Part shown: in pieces, positions 32,927 to 43,985 of the stretch
Layout: every line of letters begins with the position of its first letter
Position numbering within the stretch: the first letter of the stretch is position 1
Origin: an uncultured Pseudomonadota bacterium
GTDB taxonomy: Bacteria; Myxococcota_A; Polyangia; Fen-1088
Reading direction: 5' to 3'
DNA length: 64,000 bases
Assembly (NCBI GenBank): GCA_963847705.1
Contig: CAWKBC010000032.1
Location: 384,001 to 448,000, forward strand
The notes under the pieces: model-generated
Database searches by the model: none
What the model was told of the DNA's origin: nothing
Seen by the model: only the letters and a program-made list of their open reading frames with translations
Made by a program: the position numbers and the translations under genes

Positions 32927-34105
32927 ATGCACGCAGGTCGCAGCAACCGACGATTCGGTTCGAGCTCTCTTATCTGGCTGACGGTGACCGTCTGCGCGCT
33001 CGGCACGGGGTGCTCGATGGGCTCCAGCGACGGGGGATCGTCGGCCGAAGGTGGCGCGATCGGCACGACCGGAACAGGCGCGACGAACGGAACGGGCGGC
33101 ACGAGCGGGCCGCTGGACGGGGGGAGCGTTCCGCGAGATGCCTCCTCGGCGACGGGCGGGTTGACCGGCATCGGGTCGGGCGGGTTCAACGGCGTCGGCG
33201 GCTCGACCGCGACCGGCGCGGCAGGCGCGATCGGCGCTGGCTCCGGGGGTGCCAAGGGAGCCGGCGGACTCATCGGCACCGGCGTCGGCGGCTCGACCGG
33301 CGCCGGCGGTGCAGTCGGCTCGGCAGGCAGGACGGGCGGCGCGGGCGGAGCGACGGGCGGTGCGGCTGGAGCGCGGGGAACCGGCGGGGCCACCGGGACC
33401 GGCGCGGGCGGCGTCACCGGCGCAGGCGGCACGACCAGCGGATTCTGCCCGTCGGGCGCGATCTTCTGTGCCGACTTCGAAGAGGCGAGCGGCCCTCCCG
33501 CGAGCGATCCCGTGGGGACCGCGACCTTCGAGGACCCGAACGAACCGGGGGCGACCTTCGGCGGCGCGAACGCCGTCATGGATCTCGACGCGGGCGACGG
33601 CCCGTTCGACGGACAGCAATCGTTGAGGATCGATCCCGCGAGCGCGGTCAGCGTCCGCACGCTGGTCGTCGCGGTCCCGGCGACCTTCTGGGTCCGCCTC
33701 TACGTCAAGAGCGACATGGCCATCGGACAGCCCAACCACAACTCGTTCTTCGGGGCGGGAACCGATCCGGTCTACGGCACGGGCAACTACGTCGAGTTCT
33801 CCGAACAGAACGGCTGCGTCCTGCTGAACAAGAGCGGCATGCTCTATCCGACGGGGACGACCTGCGGGGTCGACAGCGCCTTGTCGGCGAACAGCTGGCA
33901 CTGCCTGACCGCCGAGTTCGACGGCACGACCGGCAACGTCCGTGTGTTCTCTGGCGCGACCCAGATCATCAACGCCGCAGCCTGGGCGCCGGCGACGGAG
34001 GCCTTCAATTCGTTTTCGTTCGGATACTTCGCCTTCAATCCCAACGGCGCCACCGTCTGGTACGACGACGTCGTGATCTCGGCCAGCCCCCTCTCCTGCC
34101 CGTAG
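32927..34105 (+). CDS. Gly/Thr-rich lipoprotein with Cip1-like/ConA beta-sandwich domain
   Basis: Lipobox GTGC, GT-rich stalk, CPSGAIFCADFE...FWVRLY...WHC...WYDDVVIS..PLSC. Confidence 0.75.
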   Translation: MHAGRSNRRFGSSSLIWLTVTVCALGTGCSMGSSDGGSSAEGGAIGTTGTGATNGTGGTSGPLDGGSVPRDASSATGGLTGIGSGGFNGVGGSTATGAAGAIGAGSGGAKGAGGLIGTGVGGSTGAGGAVGSAGRTGGAGGATGGAAGARGTGGATGTGAGGVTGAGGTTSGFCPSGAIFCADFEEASGPPASDPVGTATFEDPNEPGATFGGANAVMDLDAGDGPFDGQQSLRIDPASAVSVRTLVVAVPATFWVRLYVKSDMAIGQPNHNSFFGAGTDPVYGTGNYVEFSEQNGCVLLNKSGMLYPTGTTCGVDSALSANSWHCLTAEFDGTTGNVRVFSGATQIINAAAWAPATEAFNSFSFGYFAFNPNGATVWYDDVVISASPLSCP

Positions 34106-34220
34106 CGCGGCGCGTCCGCGCGGAGGCCGTACTCGAGCGACGTACTCAACAAATGGCGGCTCGGGTAAGATGGCGGTCCCCTTTCCCTCTGCCCCTCCCC
34201 TCTAGACTGGAGACGCTTAG

Positions 34221-35336
34221 ATGGACGTACGCCCCCGCGACGGAAGACCCGGTTCACGTTCCCTCGTCCTGTTGGCCCTGGCGATCTCGGCGGCCGCTGC
34301 CTGTGCCGGAGGCTCGGGTGGCACCGGCACCGGCGGATCGACTGGCACCGGCACCGGCGGCACGAGCAGCACCGGTGGGGCGACGGGCACGGGCGGCACC
34401 AACACCGGCTCCGGCGGCACCGCCAACGGCACCGGCGGGACCAATGTCGGGACCGGCGGCGTGACCGGCTCGGGCGGCGTTACGGGCACCGGCGGCACGA
34501 CCAGCACCGGCGGTACGACGGGCACCGGCGGCAGCAACCCGGGCACCGGCGGCGCGGCGGGCTCGAAGGGCACGGGCGGCGCCGGCACGGGCGGATCGAG
34601 CACCGGTGGCGCGACCGGCTCCGGTGGAACGACCGGCACCGCCGGGACCAGCGGCTGCCCATCGAACGCCACCTTCTGCTCGGGCTTCGAAACCGCGGGC
34701 CAGCCGGCCGGTTCGGTCTACATGGTCAACGCGGCCCCCGGCGACTGGAGCCGCGACTTCGCCATCGACACCACCCAGCACCACGCTGGAGCTTCGTCGC
34801 TGTTGGTGAAGAACAGCACGTCCAGCGGCACCTCCGGCAGCGCGTACCAGATGTTGGCGGTTCCAGCCACGGCGGGCGCGTTCTGGGTGCGCTTTTGGAT
34901 CCAGAGCGACATGCCGATCGGGGGCATGAACCACAACGCCTTCGCGGGCGGTTCGATCGGCGACGGCCCGAACGATCTCATGATCGAGTTCGCCGAAGAC
35001 GTGGGGGTCGCCTTCAACACCTCGGACTCGGATCAGTGGCCCACGGGCTATGGAAGACTCTCGGGCGGCGGCACCAACCTCTACACGTTGCCGGCGATGA
35101 CCTGGGAGTGCGTCGAGATCTCGTACAACGGCACCGGACGCGAGCAGCAGCTCTTCATCAACAACGTCCAGCTGATCGACGCCACCGGCTACCCGGGCTC
35201 GACCGAGGCGCTCACCTATTTCAAGTTCGGGTTCGACGCCTACCACGGCCCGGCGCGCCAGGTCTGGTACGACGACGTGGCGGTGGCGCCGACGCGAATC
35301 GGCGGCTGCCCGACCGTCACCAAGAGCAACAACTAG
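34221..35336 (+). CDS. Paralogous Gly/Thr-rich lipoprotein with Cip1-like domain
   Basis: AAAC lipobox, CPSNATFCSGFE...FWVRFW...WEC...WYDDVAVAPTRIGGC. Confidence 0.75.
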   Translation: MDVRPRDGRPGSRSLVLLALAISAAAACAGGSGGTGTGGSTGTGTGGTSSTGGATGTGGTNTGSGGTANGTGGTNVGTGGVTGSGGVTGTGGTTSTGGTTGTGGSNPGTGGAAGSKGTGGAGTGGSSTGGATGSGGTTGTAGTSGCPSNATFCSGFETAGQPAGSVYMVNAAPGDWSRDFAIDTTQHHAGASSLLVKNSTSSGTSGSAYQMLAVPATAGAFWVRFWIQSDMPIGGMNHNAFAGGSIGDGPNDLMIEFAEDVGVAFNTSDSDQWPTGYGRLSGGGTNLYTLPAMTWECVEISYNGTGREQQLFINNVQLIDATGYPGSTEALTYFKFGFDAYHGPARQVWYDDVAVAPTRIGGCPTVTKSNN

Positions 35337-35361
35337 ACGGCAGGCCGGCAGGCCGGAACCA

Positions 35362-35392
35362 GGGGTCGCGCGAGCCGAGCAGGCGCGACCCC
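35362..35392. terminator. Hairpin between convergent genes
   Basis: GGGGTCGCGC...GCGCGACCCC. Confidence 0.5.
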
Positions 35393-35399
35393 GTGGCGG

Positions 35400-35849
35400 C
35401 TAGGTGGCGGCGCTGGTGTACTTGGCGATGAGACGCCCCACCCGCGGTACGGCCGCCTCGACGTGCTTCTTGCCGGTCGGGCGCAGCTTCTCATAGGTCT
35501 TCTTGAGGGTGCCGTTGGACGAGCGCGCGGCCCGCTCGTCGCTGATGGTGAGGAGCGCGTCCGCCACCTGACCTGCGCGCGCGCTCATGAGCGCCCCGAT
35601 CGGTTCGTTCTTCGCCTGGGCGTCGGCCCAGAACGGCTCGAGCCGGTTCACGAAGTCGTCCAGCATGTGGTCGACCGCCTCGCCGATGAAGCCCGGCTTG
35701 ACGGCCTTGACCACGGCGAAGGCGGCCTTCACCGCAAACCCCGAGAGTCCGCCCTTCGAATCGACCTCCTCCTCGATCAGCTTCCCGGCGTCCGCGACCA
35801 CCTTGGGGCGGTTCCCCGGCACCAACAAAATGTCCTTTAGGTTCGGCAT
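35400..35849 (-). CDS. DUF6918-like protein
   Basis: LIEEEVDSKGGLSGFAVKAAFAVVKAVKPG; LLTISDERA; YEKLRP. Confidence 0.75.
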   Translation of the reverse strand: MPNLKDILLVPGNRPKVVADAGKLIEEEVDSKGGLSGFAVKAAFAVVKAVKPGFIGEAVDHMLDDFVNRLEPFWADAQAKNEPIGALMSARAGQVADALLTISDERAARSSNGTLKKTYEKLRPTGKKHVEAAVPRVGRLIAKYTSAAT

Positions 35850-35894
35850 GGCGGGGAATCTACACCACGTCCGGGCGACGTGGTACGCAGAGGA

Positions 35895-37189
35895 ATGCCT
35901 CGGCGGATCCTCCCCTCGCCCAGCGCCGCGCTGGCGATCCTCACGGGCCTGAATTTTCTCAACTATCTCGACCGCTTCATCCCGGCGGCGGTGATGCCCT
36001 CGATCATCGCGGCGCTGCACCTCAAGGACTCGCAGGCCGGATCGCTCTCGACGCTCTTCATCCTCTCCTACTCGCTGATCTCACCGCTGGCCGGCTGGCT
36101 GGCCGATCGCAAACCGCGGTTCCAGCTGGCCGCCGTCGGCGTCCTCGTCTGGAGCCTGGCGACGTTCGGGTCCGGGTTGGCGCCGACCTTCCTGGCGCTG
36201 GTGGTGGCCCGCGCGCTCACCGGCGTCGGGGAGGCGAGCTACGTGGTCATCACGCCGTCCCTCGTCTCCGACTACTATCCGCCGGCCCGACGAGGACGGG
36301 CGCTGGCGATCTTCTACGCCGCCATCCCGGTCGGCTCGGCGCTGGGCTACGTCCTGGGCGGCGCGATCAACGCGCGCTTCGGCTGGCGGTGGGCCTTCTT
36401 CCTGGCGGGAGCGCCCGGCGCGGCGCTGGCGTTCGCCCTGCTCTTCTTGCGCGATCCGCCGCGCGGCGCGCTGGACGTCCACGAAGCATCGGGAGACGCA
36501 TCGGGAGACGCATCGGGGGACGCGTCCGGCAAGGGTTCGGGCGGCCCGGCGCCGGCGCTCCCCTCCCCGCCGTCTCTCGGGGCGCTGCTCCGCATCCCCA
36601 GCTTTCTTTTCAACACAGCGGCGCAGATCATCTACACCTTCGTGGTCGGGGGGCTGGCGACCTGGATGCCGACCTACTTCGTGCGCGTGCGCCACCTGCC
36701 GCTCGCCTCGGCCGATCTGATGTTCGGCGGAGTGCTGGCGGCGGCGGGCCTGGTGGGAACCTTGATCGGCGGGCGGCTCGGCGATCGGCTGGCGGCCCGC
36801 CATCCGTCGGGTCACTTCCTGCTGGCCGGCGCCTCGCTGCTTCTGTCGGTTCCCTTCGCGGTCGCGGGGATTGTCGCCCCTTCGCCTGCTATCTTCTGGC
36901 CCGCGATGTTCGTGGCGCTCACCTTCCTCTTCCTCAACACCGGACCGCTCAACGCAGCGATGGCCAACGTCCTGCCGGCGCAGCTGCGCGGGTGGGGCTT
37001 CGCCATGAACACGATGGCGATTCACCTGCTGGGTGACGCGGCATCACCGACGGTCATCGGCTTCGCCTCCGACCGGATCGGCCTCAAGCTGCCGGTGCTG
37101 ATCACGGTGACGCTGCCATTCCTGGCGGGCCTGGTGCTGCTGGCCGGGCGCTCGGCGCTGACGCGCGATCTGGCCAAGAGCGGCGTCCG

Positions 37190-37193
<4 letters not shown>
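35895..37193 (+). CDS. Spinster-family MFS transporter
   Basis: LNFLNYLDR, GWLADRKPR, GVGEASY, HLLGDAASP. Confidence 0.92.
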
Positions 37194-38014
<821 letters not shown>

Positions 38015-38191
38015 AGCTGGGCCACGGCGCGGGATCGGAATCACGGTCCCGATCCGACTCATCGCGCCACGCGGGGCGCGTCGGCTCCGCCGACGGAGCC
38101 GACCCATGCTCCGGCATCCAGAAAAAAATGCGCGCGGGCGCCCATTTTTCGGCTTCGCCCCCCATTAAGAAGACGAAAGGAAACCAATCCT

Positions 38192-38758
38192 ATGCAGTCA
38201 TCCATTCGCAGCAAAGTCTCGGGATGGGTTGGGGTGGTCGGCGCCGCGGGGGCGTTCATATCCGTGTTGATGTTGGGGGCCTGTGCCGGCAACTCCGATC
38301 CGGCGGTGGTCAAGGACGGGACCGGCGGCAGCACCGGGACCGGCGGCAGCTCGACCGGAGGAGCGACAGGCAGCGGCGGAACGCCTCTCAACTGCACCGG
38401 CGACAACGACGGCGCCTCGATCGTCACGGTCAACTGCGCGACCACCTTCTGCCACATCCCGGGCACGGACAACGACGGCACGGCCGGTGGACTCGACCTG
38501 ACCGTCGACGCCAACATCGGGTCGCGCCTGGTCGGGGTCCAGTCAGTGGGGACCGCGGACAACGGATCGATGTGCGTGGGCAACCCCACGCCGTACCTGA
38601 ACGCGGGCTCGAACCCGGCCACCGGCCTCCTCATCGACAAGGTCTCGATGACCAACCCGCCGTGCGGGGCCCAGATGCCCTTCGACACTCCGTTTCCGCT
38701 GACGACCATGCAGAGGAACTGCCTGGTCCAGTGGGCCACCACCCTGACGTCACCCTAG
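38192..38758 (+). CDS. Lipoprotein with atypical CxxxxCH motif and distal MP (cytochrome c-like)
   Basis: LGAC lipobox; CATTFCH; CGAQMP; C-terminal CLVQWA. Confidence 0.7.
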   Translation: MQSSIRSKVSGWVGVVGAAGAFISVLMLGACAGNSDPAVVKDGTGGSTGTGGSSTGGATGSGGTPLNCTGDNDGASIVTVNCATTFCHIPGTDNDGTAGGLDLTVDANIGSRLVGVQSVGTADNGSMCVGNPTPYLNAGSNPATGLLIDKVSMTNPPCGAQMPFDTPFPLTTMQRNCLVQWATTLTSP

Positions 38759-38780
38759 TCCTTGGCAGGAGCTGGGTCTG

Positions 38781-38808
38781 GGCTCAAGCCTGGGCCCAGG
38801 CTTGAGCC
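38781..38808. terminator. Perfect 28-bp palindrome between convergent genes
   Basis: GGCTCAAGCCTGGGCCCAGGCTTGAGCC. Confidence 0.55.
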
Positions 38809-40199
38809 TAGCTTCCGGCGATCATCATCTCGGAGACGCGGAAGGTCGGGCACTGCACCGACGAGCGGGTGTCGAGATCGTCGCCGACGGCGTCGACCCG
38901 TTTCCACAGGTCGTCGAAGCTGGCCGAGACGGTGATCTCGGTGACCGGGAAGGCGCGCTCGCCGCGCTCGATCCAGAAGCCGCCCGCCCCCTGGGAGTAG
39001 TCGCCGGTGGCGGCGTTGAAGCCGAAGCCCATCAGATCGGTCACGTAGAGGCCGCGCTCGAGGCGTTCGAGCTCGGCGGCGGGGGTGCGGCCGGCGCGCA
39101 GGATCAGGTTCGACACCCCGACGTGCGGGCTGCCGCCGATGGCGCGCGTCGCCGAGCCAGTCGAGCGGCGCCCGAGCTTGCGCGCCGCGTAGACGTCACA
39201 AAGGAAGGTCCGCAGGATCCCTTCGGAGATGAGCACGTTGGTGCGGCTGGGGAGCCCCTCGCCGTCGTAGGCGCGCGAGCCGGGCCCGCGCCGGATCAGC
39301 GGATCGTCGACCAGCTCGCAGAGCGGCGAAGCGACCGCCGTCCCGTCACGGCCGGCGAGGTAGGTGCTGCGGCGCCAGAGCGCGCCGCCGGAGAGCACGC
39401 CGGCCAGCTGGCCGACGAGGCCGCGGCCCGCCTCGGGAGAGAAGACCACCGGCGCGGCACCGGTCGGGATCTTGCGCGCGCCCAGCTTGGCCAGCGTGCG
39501 GCGGGCGGCCTCCAGGCCAATCGCCTCCGGATCGCCGAGGCCGGCGGCGAAGCGCGAGGCGCTCCAGTAGACGCCGTTGCGCTTCTTGCCGTCGGCGTCG
39601 TCGCAGATTGGCTCCACGGCGAACGAGACGTGCGTCCCGCGCGCCGAGCCCGAGAACCCCGCCGAGGTGGCGAACGCCGAGGCGCCCACGCTGCGCCCGA
39701 AGACGGCGCCGTCGGAGTTGGTGATCCGCTTGTCGAGCTTGAGCGCGGCCGCCTCACCGGCGCGGGCGCGCCGCAGCCCCTCGGCCACGTCGAGCGACAG
39801 CACCGACTCGTCCCACAGATCGAGGTCGGGGAGCTCGCGTGCCATCTCCTCGCGCGCCGGCAGCTCGCCGGACGGATCGGCCTCCGACAGCTCCGCCAGC
39901 TCGACGCTCTCGCGCGCGAACCGCTCCATCGCCGCCGGCGTGAAGTCGGAGGTGTAGGTGACGGCCGAGCGCGCGTCCTTGAGCACCCGCAGCCCCAGCG
40001 CGCGGCTGCCCGCCTCCTTGATCAGCTCCGTCTCGCCCAGCCGGACCTTGGCCTCGAGCTCGGTGCCGTCTCGCACCAGCACCTCCGCGCCGTCGGCGCC
40101 GGCCTTGAGCGTGAGTGCCAGCATCTGCTCGGCGAGCCGCTGGCAGGTCTTGGGGTCGGGCAGACGCCGCCCCGCTGGGTCGACGCGCGCGGCGCTCAT
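38808..40199 (-). CDS. pmbA: TldD/PmbA family protein, PmbA (TldE) subunit
   Basis: GSRAYDGEG, TGDYSQGAGGFWIERGE, PVTEITV; lacks HExxGH. Confidence 0.9.
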   Translation of the reverse strand: MSAARVDPAGRRLPDPKTCQRLAEQMLALTLKAGADGAEVLVRDGTELEAKVRLGETELIKEAGSRALGLRVLKDARSAVTYTSDFTPAAMERFARESVELAELSEADPSGELPAREEMARELPDLDLWDESVLSLDVAEGLRRARAGEAAALKLDKRITNSDGAVFGRSVGASAFATSAGFSGSARGTHVSFAVEPICDDADGKKRNGVYWSASRFAAGLGDPEAIGLEAARRTLAKLGARKIPTGAAPVVFSPEAGRGLVGQLAGVLSGGALWRRSTYLAGRDGTAVASPLCELVDDPLIRRGPGSRAYDGEGLPSRTNVLISEGILRTFLCDVYAARKLGRRSTGSATRAIGGSPHVGVSNLILRAGRTPAAELERLERGLYVTDLMGFGFNAATGDYSQGAGGFWIERGERAFPVTEITVSASFDDLWKRVDAVGDDLDTRSSVQCPTFRVSEMMIAGS

Positions 40200-40226
40200 C
40201 GGGACCTCATTGGCAAGCTCATCGGG

Positions 40227-41655
40227 TCATTCATCGAGTCTTGGTCCCACCGACGGTGATCTCTTGATCTTCATGGTCGGCGTGCCGATGCCGACCGGCA
40301 CCGACTGCCCGTCCTTGCCACAGGTCCAGGTCCCCTGCGACAGCTCGAAGTCGGCGCCCAGCATCGTCACGTTGCGCAGCACCTCCGGCCCGTTGCCGAT
40401 CAGGTTCGTCCCCTTGAGCGGCGCCGTCAGCTTGCCGTCCTCGATGAGATAGCTCTCGGTCAAGGCGAAGACGAAGTCGCCGTTCGAGATGTTGACCTGC
40501 CCCCCGGCGAACCGCTTGGCGTAGACGCCGCGCTTGACCGACTTGATGATCTCCTCCGGATCGTCCTGCCCCGGCGCCAGGAAGGTGTTGGTCATGCGGG
40601 GCAGCGGCTCGTGCCGAAAGCTCTGGCGGCGGCCGTTCCCCGAGGGCGCCAGGCCGAAGTGCTTCGACGAGAGGCGATCCTGCATGTAGCCGACGAGAAC
40701 GCCATTCTCGATGAGGACGTTGCGACGTCCCGGGTTCCCCTCGTCGTCGACGTTGATCGAGCCCCGCGCGTTGTCGAGGGTGCCGTCGTCGACCACCGTG
40801 CAGAGTGAGGAGGCGACCGGCTGTCCGATCCGATCGGCATAGTTCGAGGTCCGCTTGCGGGCGAAGTCGGCCTCCAGGCCGTGGCCCACCGCCTCGTGCA
40901 AGAGGATCCCCGACTCGCCCGCTCCCAGCACCACCTCCATCGGCCCGGCCGGCGCCTCCACCGCGTGCAGCATCCCGATCGCCAGGCGCGCCGCCTCGCG
41001 CCCCTGCTCCTCCGGGCTCTGCCCGGGACGGGCGAAGAACTCCAGGCCGAAGCGCCCGGCACCGCCGGACCGCCCGACCTGCCGCTGCCGGCCGGCCCCT
41101 TCGCCCTCCTCGGCCACGGCGCTGACGCCGAAGCGGATCATCGGCTGGCTGTCGCGCGCCAGGTGACCGTCGGAGGTCACCACCAACATGTCGCGCTGCT
41201 CCTCGGCGAGCGACGCCTCCACCCGCACGATGCGCGGATCGAAGGCGCGCGCCGCGGCGTCGGCCCGGCGCAAGAGCGCGATCTTGTCGACGCCGGGACG
41301 CGCCTCCGTCGGCTCCGAGACCGGATAGCGATCGGCGAGCGCCACCGGCTGGATCGAGAGGGGACCGGGGGCGTCGCCGCTGGAAGCGATCTGCGCCGCC
41401 GTGCGGGCAGCCTCCAGCATGCGATCTTCGGCCAGTTCCTCGGTGTAGGCGTAACCGGTGGCGTCGCCGCGCAGAACGCGCACGCCGAGCCCCAGCGTCA
41501 CGCCGCGCCCGACGGTCCGCACCCGCCCATCCTCGAGCACGAAGTCGGCGCCCGAGCGGTGCTCGAAGTAGAGATCGGCGTAGTCGCCACCCGAGCTGAG
41601 CGCCGCCGCCAACAGGCGCTCCGCCAGCACGGCATCGATCGCGTCCAGGATCATG
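40227..41655 (-). CDS. tldD: Metalloprotease TldD
   Basis: DYADLYFE, LLHEAVGHGLEAD, PRMTNT, TCGKDGQSVPVG; final codons appear frameshifted. Confidence 0.93.
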
Positions 41656-42042
41656 AGTGTCTCTCCGAGGCGCGCCACATCGCTGCGCGTCGCATCTGGC
41701 TGATCATCCGAAGGATCATGGCCGACGGGTGGCCGTCGGTGCCAGTGATGATTTCGCGCCAGCCGATCCCCGGCGGCGCCAGGTCATTTTCGGCCGAAGC
41801 GGGCTGGCCAGGGGGGGCGGCGGCCCGGCAGCTCGAGCAGACGGCGGGCGCGCTCCCCGCGCTCGCCCTGGCTCCCGGTCGACAGCACCGCGCCGGGTCG
41901 ACAGCCGCGGCTGAAGGAGATCGGGGAAGTTCAAGTTGAGCGCGCGAAGCTCCACCTCGATGAGTCTCGGGAATTCGCGCGCCGGGCGGCCAGCGCCCCG
42001 CGGCGCTGCCCTGCCTTGCTGTCGCGTTGGCGCCTGGGGGCC

Positions 42043-42597
42043 TCAGTAGCGCTCGGGCGGAACGCCGAGCTCGCCGCCGGTGTCGTCGTTCTTGATCTTG
42101 CAGAGACCGCGCACTTCGACCTGACGGATCCGCTCGCGGGTGAGGTTCAGGATCGCCCCCACCTCTTCCAGCGTGATGCCACCGCGATCGGCGACGTCCA
42201 GCGAGCAGGTCTCCGCCATCTCCCAGACCTCCAGATGCGGGAAGTTCAGCTTGATGGCGCCCGTCTCCGGGTTCACGTCGAGATAGAGGTGGTGCGAGCA
42301 CGACACGAACGGGCAGGGACGCGCCATCTGGCTGCAGTGTTCGCGCATCTTCGGCCGGTCGACGTCGTCGGGATAGACCAGCAGCTCCGACAGCCGGCGC
42401 TCGTCGCGCGTCAGCCTTTTGGGGGCGATGGTCTTCGAGCGCACCCGCCCGTCGCGACCGGCGGAGTGCACCTTGCGGCGAATCCGCGCCACCTCCGGTT
42501 GCGGCGCGTCCTCGTCTTCGACGGCGCCAGCGTGCTTCAGGTTCAGATCGTCGCTGTTGTCCGCTTCCAGTTCCAATTCCAATTCCAATTCATCCAT
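42043..42597 (-). CDS. Sigma70 region-4-like HTH protein with Cys/His-rich (Zn-binding) domain
   Basis: [17 protein letters not shown]...ETCSLDVA; [20 protein letters not shown]. Confidence 0.85.
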   Translation of the reverse strand: MDELELELELEADNSDDLNLKHAGAVEDEDAPQPEVARIRRKVHSAGRDGRVRSKTIAPKRLTRDERRLSELLVYPDDVDRPKMREHCSQMARPCPFVSCSHHLYLDVNPETGAIKLNFPHLEVWEMAETCSLDVADRGGITLEEVGAILNLTRERIRQVEVRGLCKIKNDDTGGELGVPPERY

Positions 42598-42631
42598 GGG
42601 CTCCTCCTCGGTCGGTCGGCTTGGCCACGGG

Positions 42632-43210
42632 TCAATAAAGGTCGCTCCCGGCGGCCGACGCTCCGCCCGTGGGCGACTCGGCGGCTTGTGCCGAAATTCT
42701 TCGTTCCAGACTGCTAATCCGGCGCACCAGATCTCCGGCGGCGCGCTTGGCCTCGGTGATCTCTCGCTCGAGCTCGCGGCGGCCGTCGGGGTTGACGGCG
42801 GGCGCCTTGGCCTCGCGCTCGAACCCGGCGATGAGATCGCGCAAGTCGTTCTCCACCGTCTCGATCTCGTCCTTGAAGCGGATGAACGAGCGCTGGATCT
42901 CCTCGATGGTGCGGTCTGCGGCCATCATCCCCTTGACCACGTTCACCCGTCGGACGACGTGCGCCGGATAGAGCCCGCACGAGCCGCGGTGCTTCCCTTT
43001 GCGCCCCACCCGAACCGAGCGGGGCAGCAGGCCCAGCTGCACATACTTGCGCAGCGTCGCTTCGGAGAAGCGGATCCCACGCGTCTCGAAGACGTCGACG
43101 ATCTGGCGCGAGGTGAGGCCGTTGGGCCAGGTGCGCTCGATCTCTTCGATCTCCCGCTCATCGAGCAGTCCGCGCAGCGCGGGAGAGGTCGATGGGAGTG
43201 GGCGCTTCAT
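42632..43210 (-). CDS. MerR-like HTH regulator with C-terminal coiled coil
   Basis: FSEATLRKYVQLGLLPRS; TIEEIQ; coiled coil. Confidence 0.8.
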   Translation of the reverse strand: MKRPLPSTSPALRGLLDEREIEEIERTWPNGLTSRQIVDVFETRGIRFSEATLRKYVQLGLLPRSVRVGRKGKHRGSCGLYPAHVVRRVNVVKGMMAADRTIEEIQRSFIRFKDEIETVENDLRDLIAGFEREAKAPAVNPDGRRELEREITEAKRAAGDLVRRISSLERRISAQAAESPTGGASAAGSDLY

Positions 43211-43229
43211 TGTACGGTCTTCAAGCTAA

Positions 43230-43256
43230 TCTATTGAATAGAATCTCCTCAATAGA
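43230..43256. promoter_or_regulatory. Inverted-repeat operator TCTATTGA-N11-TCAATAGA
   Basis: AT-rich IR 20 bp upstream of the MerR-like start, overlapping a TTGAGG-N18-TAGCTT promoter on the minus strand. Confidence 0.6.
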
Positions 43257-43393
43257 AAAACGACTGTGAATCTGTTCAGCTCATGCATCCGACGGCCGAC
43301 AGCGACTGTTCCCTCACCGACGGGAGGACCGCTTAAGACCCTTCCTCCGACTGTTTTTCTCCGCCCTGTGGCTCCGCCTATACTGCGCGGGAG

Positions 43394-43975
43394 ATGAAGG
43401 CCGCCCGGACCGTCGCCGCTTTCACGGTCGCCGTTTTCGTCGCCCTGGCGCTCTCGCTCGCCGCGCGCAGCGACGGCGCGACCAGCAACCGCGAGCGGCG
43501 TTTCTACAGCGCGCGCGCCGGCGTCGGGCTGGAGGCGCCGCCCGGCTGGAGCGTGTCGGCGCACACCGGCTACCTCAACATCCTCTGCCTGCTCGTCCAT
43601 CCGGGCGGGAGCCGGATCTCGCTGGCCGTCGACGCGGCGGTCACAGCCCAGGATGCCGCCGCGCTGGCCGACCAGAGCCGCCCCGGCCTCGCCGCGCAGG
43701 GGATCGAGATCACCGGCGTGGCCCCCGGGCCGCGGGGCGGGGTCCTCGTCGAGGCGCGCCTTGCCCGGCGGAACCAGGCGCTGCGCCAGCTCTACCTGGT
43801 CCGCACCGTCGAGGGGAACCCCACCCGGCGCCAGGCCATCGTGCTCACCTTGACCAGCGCGCCGGCCGATCTCGCCGCGGCCAGCGCCGCCCTCGACTGG
43901 GTGATCGCCCGGCTCGAGCTGCAAGCGCCCGCCCGCCCCGACGAGAAACCGGACCACCCCGACGGTGGCGTGTGA
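43394..43975 (+). CDS. Exported hypothetical protein
   Basis: Signal peptide, GC3-rich frame. Confidence 0.7.
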   Translation: MKAARTVAAFTVAVFVALALSLAARSDGATSNRERRFYSARAGVGLEAPPGWSVSAHTGYLNILCLLVHPGGSRISLAVDAAVTAQDAAALADQSRPGLAAQGIEITGVAPGPRGGVLVEARLARRNQALRQLYLVRTVEGNPTRRQAIVLTLTSAPADLAAASAALDWVIARLELQAPARPDEKPDHPDGGV

Positions 43976-43985
43976 CAGAGAGCCT

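Noticed and set aside
36487-36528. 12-bp tandem repeat (ASGD x3-4) in the Spinster MFS
   Set aside because: In-frame low-complexity loop expansion with no sign of phase variation
38808-41655. TldD/PmbA as RiPP maturation genes
   Set aside because: No precursor peptide, YcaO or other modifying enzymes nearby; housekeeping context
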